A stretch of 64,000 nt of DNA from the NCBI GenBank assembly GCA_000002445.1, contig CP000071.1, forward strand, positions 1,952,001 to 2,016,000, read 5' to 3'. This DNA is from Trypanosoma brucei (lineage: Eukaryota). This document shows, one piece after another, positions 63,901 to 64,000 of the stretch (position 1 is its first letter; the number at the start of each line of letters is the position of its first letter). The notes below the pieces were generated by a model. That model was given only the letters and a program-made list of their open reading frames with translations, had not been told where the DNA came from and did no database searches. The translations under genes were made by a program, and so were the position numbers.

Positions 63901-64000
63901 CTCATGCAGGTTCAATGCGTAAGCAAGCAAAAAAATTGTTTGCTATGAACCCTCTCCCTTCTGTCTGTGATAGTCTGTTATCAGCGATCTGTTTGAACAG

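Noticed and set aside
1-64000. Prokaryote-style systems (operons, CRISPR arrays, toxin-antitoxin, defence islands, mobile elements)
   Set aside because: The window is eukaryotic kinetoplastid nuclear DNA (directional gene arrays, poly-Y/AG splice signals, TCTP/MLH1/PWP1/kinesin content). I found no CRISPR repeats, no rRNA/tRNA genes, and no recognisable retroposon (ingi/RIME/SLACS) or transposase sequence.

Overview
This window reads as a kinetoplastid (Trypanosoma brucei-like) nuclear chromosome segment, not prokaryotic DNA. Long intron-less ORFs sit in two directional polycistronic gene arrays. Between genes are polypyrimidine tracts with downstream AG of the kind used for trans-splicing, and several (CA)n/(AT)n microsatellites. 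There are no operons, CRISPR arrays, tRNA or rRNA genes.

Positions 1-42775 carry about 19 minus-strand genes. These include two tandem TCTP paralogs (5 amino-acid differences, unrelated 3' flanks), PWP1, a kinesin with a heavily interrupted motor domain, MLH1, an IF-2-like GTPase, TRAPPC5-like, a cyclophilin, and STE-like and other kinases.

Positions 42776-47222 form an ORF-poor divergent strand-switch region, a candidate RNA pol II transcription start region. It contains a T12-G9 G-quadruplex-capable run and GT-rich stretches.

Positions 47223-60924 carry 7 plus-strand genes: a NEK kinase with a C-terminal PH domain, a 1460-aa WD40/coiled-coil protein, roadblock dynein LC7, an FAD-binding protein, 3-methylcrotonyl-CoA carboxylase alpha, and a coiled-coil protein. 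Positions 60925-64000 are ORF-free.

From memory, the gene order (TCTP1/2, MLH1, MCCA) matches T. brucei chromosome 8 around Tb927.8.6750-6980. This is recollection, not a database result.

Several ORF-track calls need start-codon trimming because they read into polypyrimidine tracts or a (CA)40 repeat. One edge-truncated minus-strand gene with an N-terminal SAP domain (1-355) is missing from the ORF track.

No novel multi-gene 'system' in the prokaryotic sense is evident. The most interesting items are the strand-switch region, unusual domain architectures (kinesin insertions, NEK-PH, RING+EF-hand, zinc-ribbon+kinase) and the TCTP duplication structure.
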